From contig RDOB01000002.1 in the NCBI GenBank assembly GCA_011364965.1, forward strand, positions 616,631 through 646,264: a stretch of DNA of 29,634 nucleotides, written 5' to 3'. Source of the stretch: Candidatus Heimdallarchaeota archaeon (GTDB taxonomy: Archaea > Asgardarchaeota > Heimdallarchaeia > Hodarchaeales > Hodarchaeaceae). Made by a program: the position numbers and the translations under genes. Shown here in pieces: positions 1-8,414 of this stretch (within the stretch, counting starts at the first letter, position 1; each line of letters opens with the position of its first letter). The notes below the pieces were generated by a model. The model had not been told where the DNA came from and made no database searches. It worked only from the letters and a program-made list of their open reading frames with translations.

Positions 1-1222
1 TGGCGTTTGTATGCATTAAATCGAGAGTAATTTTCATATCTTTTTTTGGATCCAAGATGCTAATATCTGCATCTGTTCCAATATCCAAGGTTCCTTTTTC
101 AGGAGCCATTCCATATAATCGTGCAGGATTTGTGGCTAATAAATTACCTAAATCAAAAGGTTGTATCCCTCGTTTCATAGCTTCAGAGAATAAAAGGGGG
201 AATAGTACCTCTGTGCCCATGAATCCATAAGGTATACGATTAAAATAAGGTGAGCTTAATTTTGCTTCTTTTGGGAATGCACAATGATCTGAAGATAATA
301 CACTAATTGTTCCATATTTAATTCCTTCCCAAAGCTTATCTTGATCAAATTGCGTTCGCAGGGGTGGTCCCATGATATACAATGCTGCATCCTCTCGTTT
401 GTATACTTGTTCAGTTAAGGTGAGATAATGAGGGCAAGTTTCAGTAAAAATTTCATATCCCATGCTTTGTCTTAGGTTTATAACGTCTAGACCTTCTCCT
501 GTACTACAGTGAACAACAAATAATGGACAAGCTGCATTATGTGCTAATCGTGAGATTCTTTCAATCGCTTCTGCTTCAGTCCAATTTGGTTTTGTTTTTG
601 CATAGTTTGAAGGTTTGTTTTCTCCCTTATCCAAAGCACGATGAACTAATAATTGTTGAACAGAATGATTTTCTGCATGAACCATTGCCATTCCTCCTGC
701 TTTCCCTATTGCTTCCAGCATCTGAAATATTTGTCCATCAGTTAAAGGCCCTTCTCCAATATTAATCATAAAGATTTTAAAGCTCGGTACGCCGTAATCA
801 ACGACCGATTTATATTCATTCAGAAATCTTTCTTCCGTATAAGTTCCTATGAGGTGAAAACCAAAATTTAAGAGGCTTTGTTTGCTAGCAGCTTCAATAC
901 GGGCTTTAATTGTATCAAGTGGGCCTATGTCCTTATATTGAATGGCAAAATCAATGAAAGCTGTAATTCCTCCAGCTAAACCTGCGGTACTTCCGACCTT
1001 AAAATCGTCAACAGTTACAGGTTCTCCTGTTTCCAAATATTCAAAATGTGTGTGACTATCAATAATTCCTGGGAAGATTAGCTTTCCTGTTGCATCAAGT
1101 GTTTGTTCAGCTATTATCTTTCTTAAAGAAATTTGAGTTATTTTTCCATCTTCTACACCGATATTTGCTTTTTGCAGGCTTGATGGGAAAACTAAGGTAC
1201 CATTTTCAATTGTTAAATCCAT
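1..1222 (-). CDS. hydA: Dihydropyrimidinase/D-hydantoinase-like cyclic amidohydrolase (3' end runs off the window)
   Basis: Not in the ORF track; translated by hand from ATG at 1222, with SD GAGG upstream: MDLTIENGTLVFPSS...GKLIFPGIIDSHTHF...GGITAFIDFA...VPSFKIFM...VHAEN...VVHCST...TETCPHYL...GPPLR...SSDHCAF...ATNPARLYG...GTDADI. The HxH motif, carbamylated Lys, two further His and the Asp of the binuclear amidohydrolase site are all present. Confidence 0.88.
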   Translation of the reverse strand, partial: MDLTIENGTLVFPSSLQKANIGVEDGKITQISLRKIIAEQTLDATGKLIFPGIIDSHTHFEYLETGEPVTVDDFKVGSTAGLAGGITAFIDFAIQYKDIGPLDTIKARIEAASKQSLLNFGFHLIGTYTEERFLNEYKSVVDYGVPSFKIFMINIGEGPLTDGQIFQMLEAIGKAGGMAMVHAENHSVQQLLVHRALDKGENKPSNYAKTKPNWTEAEAIERISRLAHNAACPLFVVHCSTGEGLDVINLRQSMGYEIFTETCPHYLTLTEQVYKREDAALYIMGPPLRTQFDQDKLWEGIKYGTISVLSSDHCAFPKEAKLSSPYFNRIPYGFMGTEVLFPLLFSEAMKRGIQPFDLGNLLATNPARLYGMAPEKGTLDIGTDADISILDPKKDMKITLDLMHTNA

Positions 1223-1419
1223 TTCAATACCTCGATCAATCTAGGTGGATTAATATTAAAAAAACTAGATTTTACATCCATTTAAATTCTTTAAGGATTG
1301 ATCTTCGTCAAATTTCTTATTTCCTTCATAACAGAATATTCGTTATTTCCATAGGAATAGACACTTAAATAGACTTAAAAGGGAGATTCATCCCATAAGT
1401 AATTTTAATGGTGAAAAAA

Positions 1420-2397
1420 ATGAGAAGTTTTATCGGTAGAGACATTTTATCGTTAAAAGAATTCGAAAGAGCAGAATTTGAAAGAGTTTTCGAGGTGGCT
1501 CGTGAGTTAGAATCAATCGCTAGAAAGCGTAGAAATTCTGATCTATTAAAAGAGAAAACATTACTCACAGCTTTTTTTCAACCAAGTACTAGAACCAGAT
1601 TAGCTACAGAAGCTGCAATGCATCGATTAGGTGGACATGTATTAGGTTTCGCTGACCCAAAAATGACAAGAGCTGGAGATTTCTACCAAGAATCAATGAA
1701 AGATACGGTAAGGATGTTAGAGTATTATGCTGATGTCATTGCGATACGGCATTTCCAACAAGGGGCTCCTGCAGAAGCAGCTAAGTGGTCATCTGTTCCA
1801 GTTATTAATTGTGGAGATGGTTGGGGTGAGCACCCTACGCAAGTACTAACAGACCTGTATACCATATGGAGATGGACGGGCGCTGTGCCAGGACTAACAA
1901 ACCTTGATGATTTAACTTGGCTATGTGTTGGTGATATGCGAATGAGAACAATGCACTCCCTTAGTTATGCCCTCACTCAATTCGGAGCTAAGGTCTATTA
2001 TGTCTCTCCTCCTGAAATGTCATTGACAGAGGAGTTTAAAAAAGAGTTAGAAGCTTATAATCCAAATTATACAGAAGTATCAAGTGTTGAGGATTGTGTA
2101 AGCGAAGCAGATGTTATTTATATGGAACCTGTTGTCCAACCTGATTATACAAAATCCCGTGATGAACGTTCAGGTGATGTAGGATTGACTCCTAAACGAT
2201 ATCAAATTTCTAAAGAACTTATGCAGACAAAAGGGAAAAGAAATGCGATAATATTGCACTCTTTGCCACGAATGGATGAACTACCATCAAATGTCGACCC
2301 TACGAGACATTCGTATCAATGGATTGAAGCATTTAATGGCGTAGTTATGAGAATGGCGCTACTCGCTCTAGTAATAGGTGATGGAATTTTAATATAA
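1420..2397 (+). CDS. Aspartate carbamoyltransferase-like protein (pseudo-ATCase, probably altered amine substrate)
   Basis: Carbamoyl-phosphate motifs STRT, IRH and HPTQ are present, as is RTxHSL. The RxQ motif reads YMEPVVQ and HPLP reads HSLP. The ORF track starts at 1408, but ATG 1420 has GGTGA 5 nt upstream and is preferred. Confidence 0.85.
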   Translation: MRSFIGRDILSLKEFERAEFERVFEVARELESIARKRRNSDLLKEKTLLTAFFQPSTRTRLATEAAMHRLGGHVLGFADPKMTRAGDFYQESMKDTVRMLEYYADVIAIRHFQQGAPAEAAKWSSVPVINCGDGWGEHPTQVLTDLYTIWRWTGAVPGLTNLDDLTWLCVGDMRMRTMHSLSYALTQFGAKVYYVSPPEMSLTEEFKKELEAYNPNYTEVSSVEDCVSEADVIYMEPVVQPDYTKSRDERSGDVGLTPKRYQISKELMQTKGKRNAIILHSLPRMDELPSNVDPTRHSYQWIEAFNGVVMRMALLALVIGDGILI

Positions 2398-2403
2398 GAA
2401 GGA

Positions 2404-2421
2404 ATTCCCCCCTTTCTTTTT
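2404..2421 (+). terminator. Putative C-run/U-tract archaeal terminator of the carbamoyltransferase gene
   Basis: attcccccctttcttttt just after the stop codon at 2397, between convergent genes. Confidence 0.45.
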
Positions 2422-2431
2422 GTTATTATAA

Positions 2432-2788
2432 CTATTTTATTTTTCTTTTTAGAAAAGATGGCAATTTGGGGATAGCCTTGGATTTATCCTCTGGATGAGT
2501 AATCAACCCTAGAATTCCCATTAGAGAAAAAAATAAACCCATTGTTAAAAAAAGAAGACGGATGGAAGCAATTATTTGTGAGATTAAATTTTCTGGCATT
2601 TCTCTAGTAAATATAACAAGAATTAAATAAATTAAAAGTAATAAAATCCCCCATGGTAGCGTTTGAGGGTTAAGAAGTCTTACGCCAGGAGGCATTCCTT
2701 TCATATTTTTGAATGGTTTTGTAGAGGATTGAGGTCTACCTCTTTCCTCTTGACCCTCTGAAAGTTGATCTTGTTGATCGCTTTGCAT
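2432..2788 (-). CDS. Small 2-TM membrane protein, last gene of the ECF operon
   Basis: Polar N-terminus followed by two hydrophobic helices; starts 4 nt after the ecfT stop codon. Confidence 0.65.
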   Translation of the reverse strand: MQSDQQDQLSEGQEERGRPQSSTKPFKNMKGMPPGVRLLNPQTLPWGILLLLIYLILVIFTREMPENLISQIIASIRLLFLTMGLFFSLMGILGLITHPEDKSKAIPKLPSFLKRKIK

Positions 2789-2792
2789 AGGA

Positions 2793-3629
2793 TTAAATTC
2801 CTAAAGTCAAAAAAGTGTTTATCCTCCATGCTATCCAAGTAAACCATGAGGCAAAGAAGATAATGACAATAAACCAATCTCTTTTTCGAAATCTTACTTC
2901 CTTCATATAAGTTCTGTCGATTCCAAGCTGCTCAGGTAGCGAGTACCCTCTTATCTCCATTGCTAAAGCCATTTGAGTTCCTCTTTTTAGAGCTCCAACG
3001 GCTAATGGGACAAAAGTTACCACGAGCCCTCGTAGCATATTAATTGGATTAAGAGAAAACATGGAGGGGTATCCTCGCGCTTCAGCTGCGTTTCCAATAT
3101 TATTTAATTCCTCTTGGATTAAAGGGAATAATCTCATTGCAAAACCTACCATATAAGATGCTCTAAACCCTAGTCCAATATTATGCAATGCATGGCCAAT
3201 ATCGAAAGGGTCAGTTGACATTACAAACATAGAAAATGCCATTGCCATAGCCATTATTCTGATTCCAAGTGAAAGGCCGAATGAAACACCTGCCAACGAT
3301 AGATTCAAAATAAAAGGTTCGCCAAATAATTGGGATAGGAGCTCGATTTCAATGGGTAAATATGGTTCACCTGCGAAGAAAAAGACCTGTAATAATAATA
3401 ATGCAACAACCATCGGTAGGAGTAGGAGTATGAACCCAATATATTCCCATGGCCATATTTTCCCAAATAGTGCGATTATAATTATTGGGATTAGAAAGTA
3501 AATGATCATATAATAATCTAGAGGAGCTAATAAAACTAGAATTACATAAAATAGGGCAACAACGATTTTAGTTACTGGATTCAGACTAGATAGGAAAGAT
3601 TTTCTAATTGAAAATTCGTATAAGAGCAT
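2793..3629 (-). CDS. ecfT: ECF transporter transmembrane T component (EcfT/CbiQ family)
   Basis: N-terminal SxLxxLNPxTK, multiple TM helices and two coupling motifs (EARG, EIRG); adjacent to the ECF ATPase. Confidence 0.93.
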   Translation of the reverse strand: MLLYEFSIRKSFLSSLNPVTKIVVALFYVILVLLAPLDYYMIIYFLIPIIIIALFGKIWPWEYIGFILLLLPMVVALLLLQVFFFAGEPYLPIEIELLSQLFGEPFILNLSLAGVSFGLSLGIRIMAMAMAFSMFVMSTDPFDIGHALHNIGLGFRASYMVGFAMRLFPLIQEELNNIGNAAEARGYPSMFSLNPINMLRGLVVTFVPLAVGALKRGTQMALAMEIRGYSLPEQLGIDRTYMKEVRFRKRDWFIVIIFFASWFTWIAWRINTFLTLGI

Positions 3630-3639
3630 TTTGCGACAC

Positions 3640-5361
3640 CTACTGATTTAATATTGAAATTATTGCTTTTTCTGCTTCCTTTAGCGTTAAAGGAAGAGGA
3701 TTAATTCTAAGATTATCACACAGTTGAGTAATTTGGGGAGGACGAACATTTGTCTTTGCTAATTCTTTCGCTTGAGAGAATGTGGAGCGAGGATCTCCAT
3801 CTAGAAGTACTTTACCTTGATGAAGGGCTATCAATCGTTCTCCGTATTCGGCTGCAAGCTGAATCCAATGAGTAATGACCACCACACTCACACCTTTTTC
3901 TTTATTTATAGCTTGTAGTTCTCTCATTAGTTTATCTGCACTGATTCTATCCAAACCTGTCGTTGGTTCATCAGCTATCAACAATGTTGGCTCCATTGCA
4001 TAGACTGAAGCTAATGCTACAAATTGCCGTTCTCCTCGACTTAATCTAAAAGGATGGACTTTTCGTAAATCCCACAAATTGAATCTTTCTAAAGTGTCCT
4101 TTACTCGATCTTTTCGTTCAGCTTTTGGCATTTTAAGATTTTTCAATCCAAATTCAATTTCGCTGGCTACATCATCTTTGAATAATTGATGATCTGGATT
4201 TTGGAAAACATAACCTATTGTCTGAGCAAGCTCTCTAGAAGAAAAGTCCCTTATATCTTTGCCATTGACAAAGATTGTCTCTTTAGGAGGTTTAACTATT
4301 CTTTTTATACATTTAGATAATGTGGTTTTGCCAGAACCATTTTGACCGATTATACATGCGAATTCGTTCTGATTTAGCGATAGAGTTATACCATCCAATG
4401 CTTTCACATGTTTATTATAACCAAATACTAAATCATTAATTGTGACGAGAGGATCAATATCATTTCGTTTGTCGGTTAGGTTGTCTGATTTCCAGTTACG
4501 ATCATTAGGTCCAAGTAAATTAGTGAATAGAGGCACAGCTTGACTTAGATTTAATGGGGGGTGGATATTAAATCCTTTCTTCCTCAAATTTTGTCCTAAT
4601 CTAGTAACTTGAGGTGGTAGTATTCCGCTTTGTCCTAAAGTGTCGGCTTCTTCAAAGAATTGATCTGGAGGAAGATCTAATGCTATTTTACCACCTTTTA
4701 ATAAAATCATTCTATCGCAATAATCTGCTAGTTCTTCAATCTTATGTTCAACCATCAAAATGGTCATATCTAGCTTTTTTGCCATCGTTCTGACGGCATC
4801 AAATACTAATTCTGTTCCTGACGGATCTAAGCCGGAAGTTGGTTCATCTAGCATCATTACTTTGGGATAAAGCGTGGAGACAGAAGCAATTGCGATTTTT
4901 TGTTTTTCTCCTCCACTGAGTCCATAGGTGGTTCGATTATAAAGATCTTGAAGTTGAAATCGTTCAGTTGCTTCTTGCCTTCTTCGTTCGATTTCATCTT
5001 GGGTTAAACCGAGATTTTCTGGTCCCCAGGCTAATTCATCTTTTACGTATAGATTAAATAATTGAGCTTCGGGATCATCGAGAACTAAACCAACTTCCTG
5101 TGAAATTGTACCTAGTGCGTTTTCACCAAGGGGCTTTCCTTTATATAATATTTCTCCGTCTAAAACTTTAGCTGTATAGAATTGAGGAATAACTCCATTA
5201 ATTAAATATAATAGGGAAGTTTTTCCTACACCTGTTTCTCCAACAATTCCTACAAACTCATTTTCTGAAATCGATAGATTTAATCCCTCAAATAAAGGTT
5301 CAGTGCCTCGTCTATATTGAAATTTGATATCTTTCAATTCAATGAGTGGGATTTTGTGCAT
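3640..5361 (-). CDS. ECF transporter ATPase with two fused ABC domains (EcfA-A')
   Basis: Two complete NBDs: GETGVGKT/LSGGEKQ/LDEPT/VEH and GQNGSGKT/FQNPDHQ/LSRGERQ/ADEPT/ITH. Confidence 0.95.
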   Translation of the reverse strand: MHKIPLIELKDIKFQYRRGTEPLFEGLNLSISENEFVGIVGETGVGKTSLLYLINGVIPQFYTAKVLDGEILYKGKPLGENALGTISQEVGLVLDDPEAQLFNLYVKDELAWGPENLGLTQDEIERRRQEATERFQLQDLYNRTTYGLSGGEKQKIAIASVSTLYPKVMMLDEPTSGLDPSGTELVFDAVRTMAKKLDMTILMVEHKIEELADYCDRMILLKGGKIALDLPPDQFFEEADTLGQSGILPPQVTRLGQNLRKKGFNIHPPLNLSQAVPLFTNLLGPNDRNWKSDNLTDKRNDIDPLVTINDLVFGYNKHVKALDGITLSLNQNEFACIIGQNGSGKTTLSKCIKRIVKPPKETIFVNGKDIRDFSSRELAQTIGYVFQNPDHQLFKDDVASEIEFGLKNLKMPKAERKDRVKDTLERFNLWDLRKVHPFRLSRGERQFVALASVYAMEPTLLIADEPTTGLDRISADKLMRELQAINKEKGVSVVVITHWIQLAAEYGERLIALHQGKVLLDGDPRSTFSQAKELAKTNVRPPQITQLCDNLRINPLPLTLKEAEKAIISILNQ

Positions 5362-5666
5362 TGTCAGTGTTTTTATCTCCTGATGAATATAAAATATCGA
5401 TTATGATTATTTTTTGAAGTTTTATGCTCAGTTTGAGATCTACTAAGGGATCTTTTAGCATTTCTGATCTGATTTACAGTATTATCAACATCAAGTCGAT
5501 AACTTTCACCGCTGAAGGTATCTTGACGATCTTCCTAAATTATTGAAAAGGTATCCCCAACAGCTCTTTTGTTAGTCTATCAGGTAAAAGAGCTTCAACT
5601 GAAGCTTTGCTTAGTTAATAATGAAAGAATTTAATTTAAAAGCATTTTATTATATTCATGAGCTAT

Positions 5667-5686
5667 AAAAAAAAGGGGAGAAGAAG
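5667..5686 (-). terminator. Putative U-tract terminator after the S-component gene
   Basis: Minus strand reads cttcttctcccctttttttt about 25 nt after the stop codon at 5712. Confidence 0.5.
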
Positions 5687-5711
5687 TTTCTGAAAGATTA
5701 AGCTAATTTTC

Positions 5712-6287
5712 TTATCGCCAGAGAACTTCGCTTCTTACAATTGATCTCGTAATGAAGAATCCTATTGCTGTACCTATTCCTACTGAAATGAAAATAATCA
5801 CACATGCGATTAAGAAGAAGTCAATAGTACCACCCCAGATCAGGATGATAGCGAATAATTCAGGGAATAATCCGGGAAAACCAGCTAGTCCTGCAATTAA
5901 GAATTTTTCAAATGTTATTTCTTTTTCACCAACACCAAATAAACGAAGCACGGCAACGATAATAATCCCGTTGATTGTGTTTTCAATAAACCAGATTGGT
6001 GCTAGTGGGCCAGTAGCTGTCAAGTTTGCAACAATCGGATTGATATTTGCAACAATTAGCGCACCAGTCATACCAAAGAGGCAGCAACCAATAACAAGCC
6101 AAGTAAATAAATTAATATTACCAAATATTAACACAGAACCGCCTGTTAAAGCTGTATCAACTCTTTCTGCGACTTGAGCACAAGCTGTGAAAGCAACTGC
6201 TATTAGTACCGACGAGACAATGGCTTTAGAAGATTTTGGCCAAAGTTCGAACTCAAATGATGGAATTGGATCGATTGGTAGTCCCAT
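5712..6287 (-). CDS. Probable ECF substrate-specific S component
   Basis: 191 aa with about 6 TM helices and an FGxxGALI motif; upstream of ecfA-A' and ecfT; SD GGAGTGA lies within the end of the preceding gene. Substrate unknown. Confidence 0.75.
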   Translation of the reverse strand: MGLPIDPIPSFEFELWPKSSKAIVSSVLIAVAFTACAQVAERVDTALTGGSVLIFGNINLFTWLVIGCCLFGMTGALIVANINPIVANLTATGPLAPIWFIENTINGIIIVAVLRLFGVGEKEITFEKFLIAGLAGFPGLFPELFAIILIWGGTIDFFLIACVIIFISVGIGTAIGFFITRSIVRSEVLWR

Positions 6288-6293
6288 ATTTTT

Positions 6294-6533
6294 TCACTCC
6301 TTCTTTTTCCAAACAAATACATAGAATAATATTACTGCAATCACTAATAGGAGGCCAGAAGCGACCCACCCTATTGGAAGCCCTAGAATTGTGTCTGGTA
6401 TAAGTCCGAACCCTGTGCTCAGGTTCAAGTCAGCAAAAGCCGAATTCTCGTCTCCTAAGATGACAATCCCTACAATTCCGATAATTATAAGAATTGCAGC
6501 ACCGACTAGTATGTATAGAGCATCTTTTTTCAT
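6294..6533 (-). CDS. Small 2-TM membrane protein, first gene of the ECF operon
   Basis: MKKDALYILVGAAILIIIGIVGIVIL...WVASGLLLVIAVILFYVFVWKKKE. ATG 6533 is preceded by GGTGA, so it is preferred over 6572. Confidence 0.75.
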   Translation of the reverse strand: MKKDALYILVGAAILIIIGIVGIVILGDENSAFADLNLSTGFGLIPDTILGLPIGWVASGLLLVIAVILFYVFVWKKKE

Positions 6534-6628
6534 ATAGTTCACCGAAATTGATTCATTTCGTATACATTTCAAGTTTTAATTTTCTCATTATTTTTTATGA
6601 GGGTAAGCCACTACACGGCAATTTTATC

Positions 6629-6642
6629 CTTTTAAACTTTTC
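6629..6642 (-). promoter_or_regulatory. BRE + TATA box of the ECF operon
   Basis: Minus strand GAAAAG-TTTAAAAG, the canonical archaeal BRE/TATA arrangement, about 95 nt upstream of ATG 6533. Confidence 0.5.
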
Positions 6643-7055
6643 TTAACGAATCTAACACATTTTTCAAAGGATGGAGGCTTTTCATTATACTTTCTCCTTT
6701 CTTTCAAGTTTAATAAGAAAAGGGAAAATGTGAAAATTTATCTCCATTGGTTATCAACGATGATTCTACCTAGGATAATCTTTACGAAAAGTTACACTTA
6801 AAATCCATATACCCCTAATTCAACTTTTAAAAGTCCTTTCACTGAATCAGGACATTATTTGGCATTCCTTCCACAAATGTGAATGTAGCTATGATTTCAA
6901 AGGGATTATATATTTCTTGCAAAACAGTAGTATTATTCCTGTTACTTTTGTTATTTATTTTTTATTAACCAAAATAAATTTAATTTTTCAAGCAAACAAG
7001 TAAGGACAGGAGAATTTATGCTTTTAAAGATTCGATCTTACTCAGGCGGTTAATT

Positions 7056-7853
7056 ATGTCTATGATAGATGTTTTCTTCAACTATTTTCTTTATTACTTG
7101 CCAAGTTTTATTTTAACTTTTTTTGCTTTTTTGATAGGGATTGCAATATATTTTGTGGGGAAAAAAAAGAATATATATCTAATGAATCAATTTTCTTCTA
7201 AATTTAATGAAGCAATTGAAGGAAGAGTAAATAATCTCGACCTTAAAGAACATAGCACAGTTGGTAGAACATATTTAGGTGAAACAAAAGAAAATTTATC
7301 CTTAAGGAATTTTAGATTGCATTTCACTATGGTAAAACGTCATTTAATACTAAGTAAAGCAGGAGCAATCTTAAGAAATATTCATGATTATGTTCTTCTT
7401 GAAGCAGATCCATCAGATAACGTTGTGAAGCGCTATCAGCTTGAAATACTTCAGAAAAATGATATGAAACGTATTAAGGCTTTAAGTGATATGCTTCAAA
7501 CGTTAGAGACAATCGAATTAGGGGATAAAATTAAACAATTTTTCATTATCAAAACAAACGATAAGAATTTATTTCTCGCATGTTTTAGAGAAGATAAAAC
7601 CATTCTTAAGAAAATATATGCTCAAAGAAACTTTATCGTTAGAATCTCATATTATCCGTTAGAATCCCCTTCGATACATTTAGTAGCAGAAATGAGAGAA
7701 GGATTAAATCCAAAATTCTTAATTGATATACTATTTGATTTAACAACAATTATTACAAAATTGGGGAAATCAGGATACTATTCAAAACAGCGAGAGACCC
7801 AGAGAATTGTAAAAGATAAAACCATTGAGAAAGATAAAAGGGATTTTAAGTAG
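7056..7853 (+). CDS. Single-TM protein resembling CCDC47/DUF1682 (PAT complex subunit)
   Basis: One N-terminal TM followed by YFVGKKKNIYL, then LHFTMVKRHLIL...LRNIHDYVLLE, then a charged C-terminal helix. These blocks are colinear with human CCDC47 as I recall it. The CDS is certain; the homology is by eye. Confidence 0.6.
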   Translation: MSMIDVFFNYFLYYLPSFILTFFAFLIGIAIYFVGKKKNIYLMNQFSSKFNEAIEGRVNNLDLKEHSTVGRTYLGETKENLSLRNFRLHFTMVKRHLILSKAGAILRNIHDYVLLEADPSDNVVKRYQLEILQKNDMKRIKALSDMLQTLETIELGDKIKQFFIIKTNDKNLFLACFREDKTILKKIYAQRNFIVRISYYPLESPSIHLVAEMREGLNPKFLIDILFDLTTIITKLGKSGYYSKQRETQRIVKDKTIEKDKRDFK

Positions 7854-7862
7854 GAAATTATC

Positions 7863-8414
7863 TCACAAATTTTTAAGTGATTTGATTTTTCTATCAATTT
7901 TTATTCTTAGATCAAAAATGTCAGTGATAGTTGGAAATCGATATACAGGTAAATCTACATATTCTCCCTCTAAATCGCTTTCATAAAGACGAATACTAAA
8001 CCCTTTGGCTCCAATGTGTGATGATGCAATTGATAAGCTTACAAAAGAAAATTCATCCCATTTATATTCATATTTACGTTTTCCAATTTTAAAAATTATC
8101 GTGTTCTTGTCAAAAACTAATTCCCGTTTAAGATATCGAGTATAATAAAGATATGAGAGTGTTACTGCTCCCATAATTTGAACAATAACGGAAAAAATAT
8201 CAATTACAATGTATTCTTCCCCAAATATTTGAGCAATTTGATATCGAAGTGAAGTGAATCCTAGGATCTCTAATGCAAATATGATTAGAAAAATCATAAT
8301 TATTGAAAAATAACCTTTTGTTTTATGAATTATTGGGAATATTTCTTCAAAAATTGGATCGATTTCTTGTACCTTTGATTGTTCCATTTTAACAACCCTT
8401 ATTTCTTTACCCAA
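7863..8414 (-). CDS. Hypothetical membrane protein (2 TM + probable bacterial PH-like domain)
   Basis: Two TM helices, then a beta-rich ELVFDKNTIIFK...YEYKWDEFSFV pattern. Overlaps the upstream gene by 16 nt; alternative start ATG 8387. Confidence 0.7.
   Translation of the reverse strand: MGKEIRVVKMEQSKVQEIDPIFEEIFPIIHKTKGYFSIIMIFLIIFALEILGFTSLRYQIAQIFGEEYIVIDIFSVIVQIMGAVTLSYLYYTRYLKRELVFDKNTIIFKIGKRKYEYKWDEFSFVSLSIASSHIGAKGFSIRLYESDLEGEYVDLPVYRFPTITDIFDLRIKIDRKIKSLKNL

Noticed and set aside
523-1368. Plus-strand ORFs 523-765 and 1090-1368
   Set aside because: They lie antisense to the dihydropyrimidinase gene, which has a full motif set on the minus strand.
1365-1568. Minus-strand 67-aa ORF
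   Set aside because: Antisense to the carbamoyltransferase gene, with no recognisable motifs.
1420-2397. Calling this gene pyrB
   Set aside because: Aspartate-specificity residues are altered and no pyrI or pyr operon is adjacent.
5752-6177. Plus-strand 141-aa ORF
   Set aside because: Typical antisense reading of a hydrophobic membrane gene (I/N/K/P/T-rich).
6294-6533. Small membrane ORF as the Asterix partner of the CCDC47-like protein
   Set aside because: It has only two TM helices, shows no recognisable similarity, and is coupled to the ECF operon on the opposite strand.
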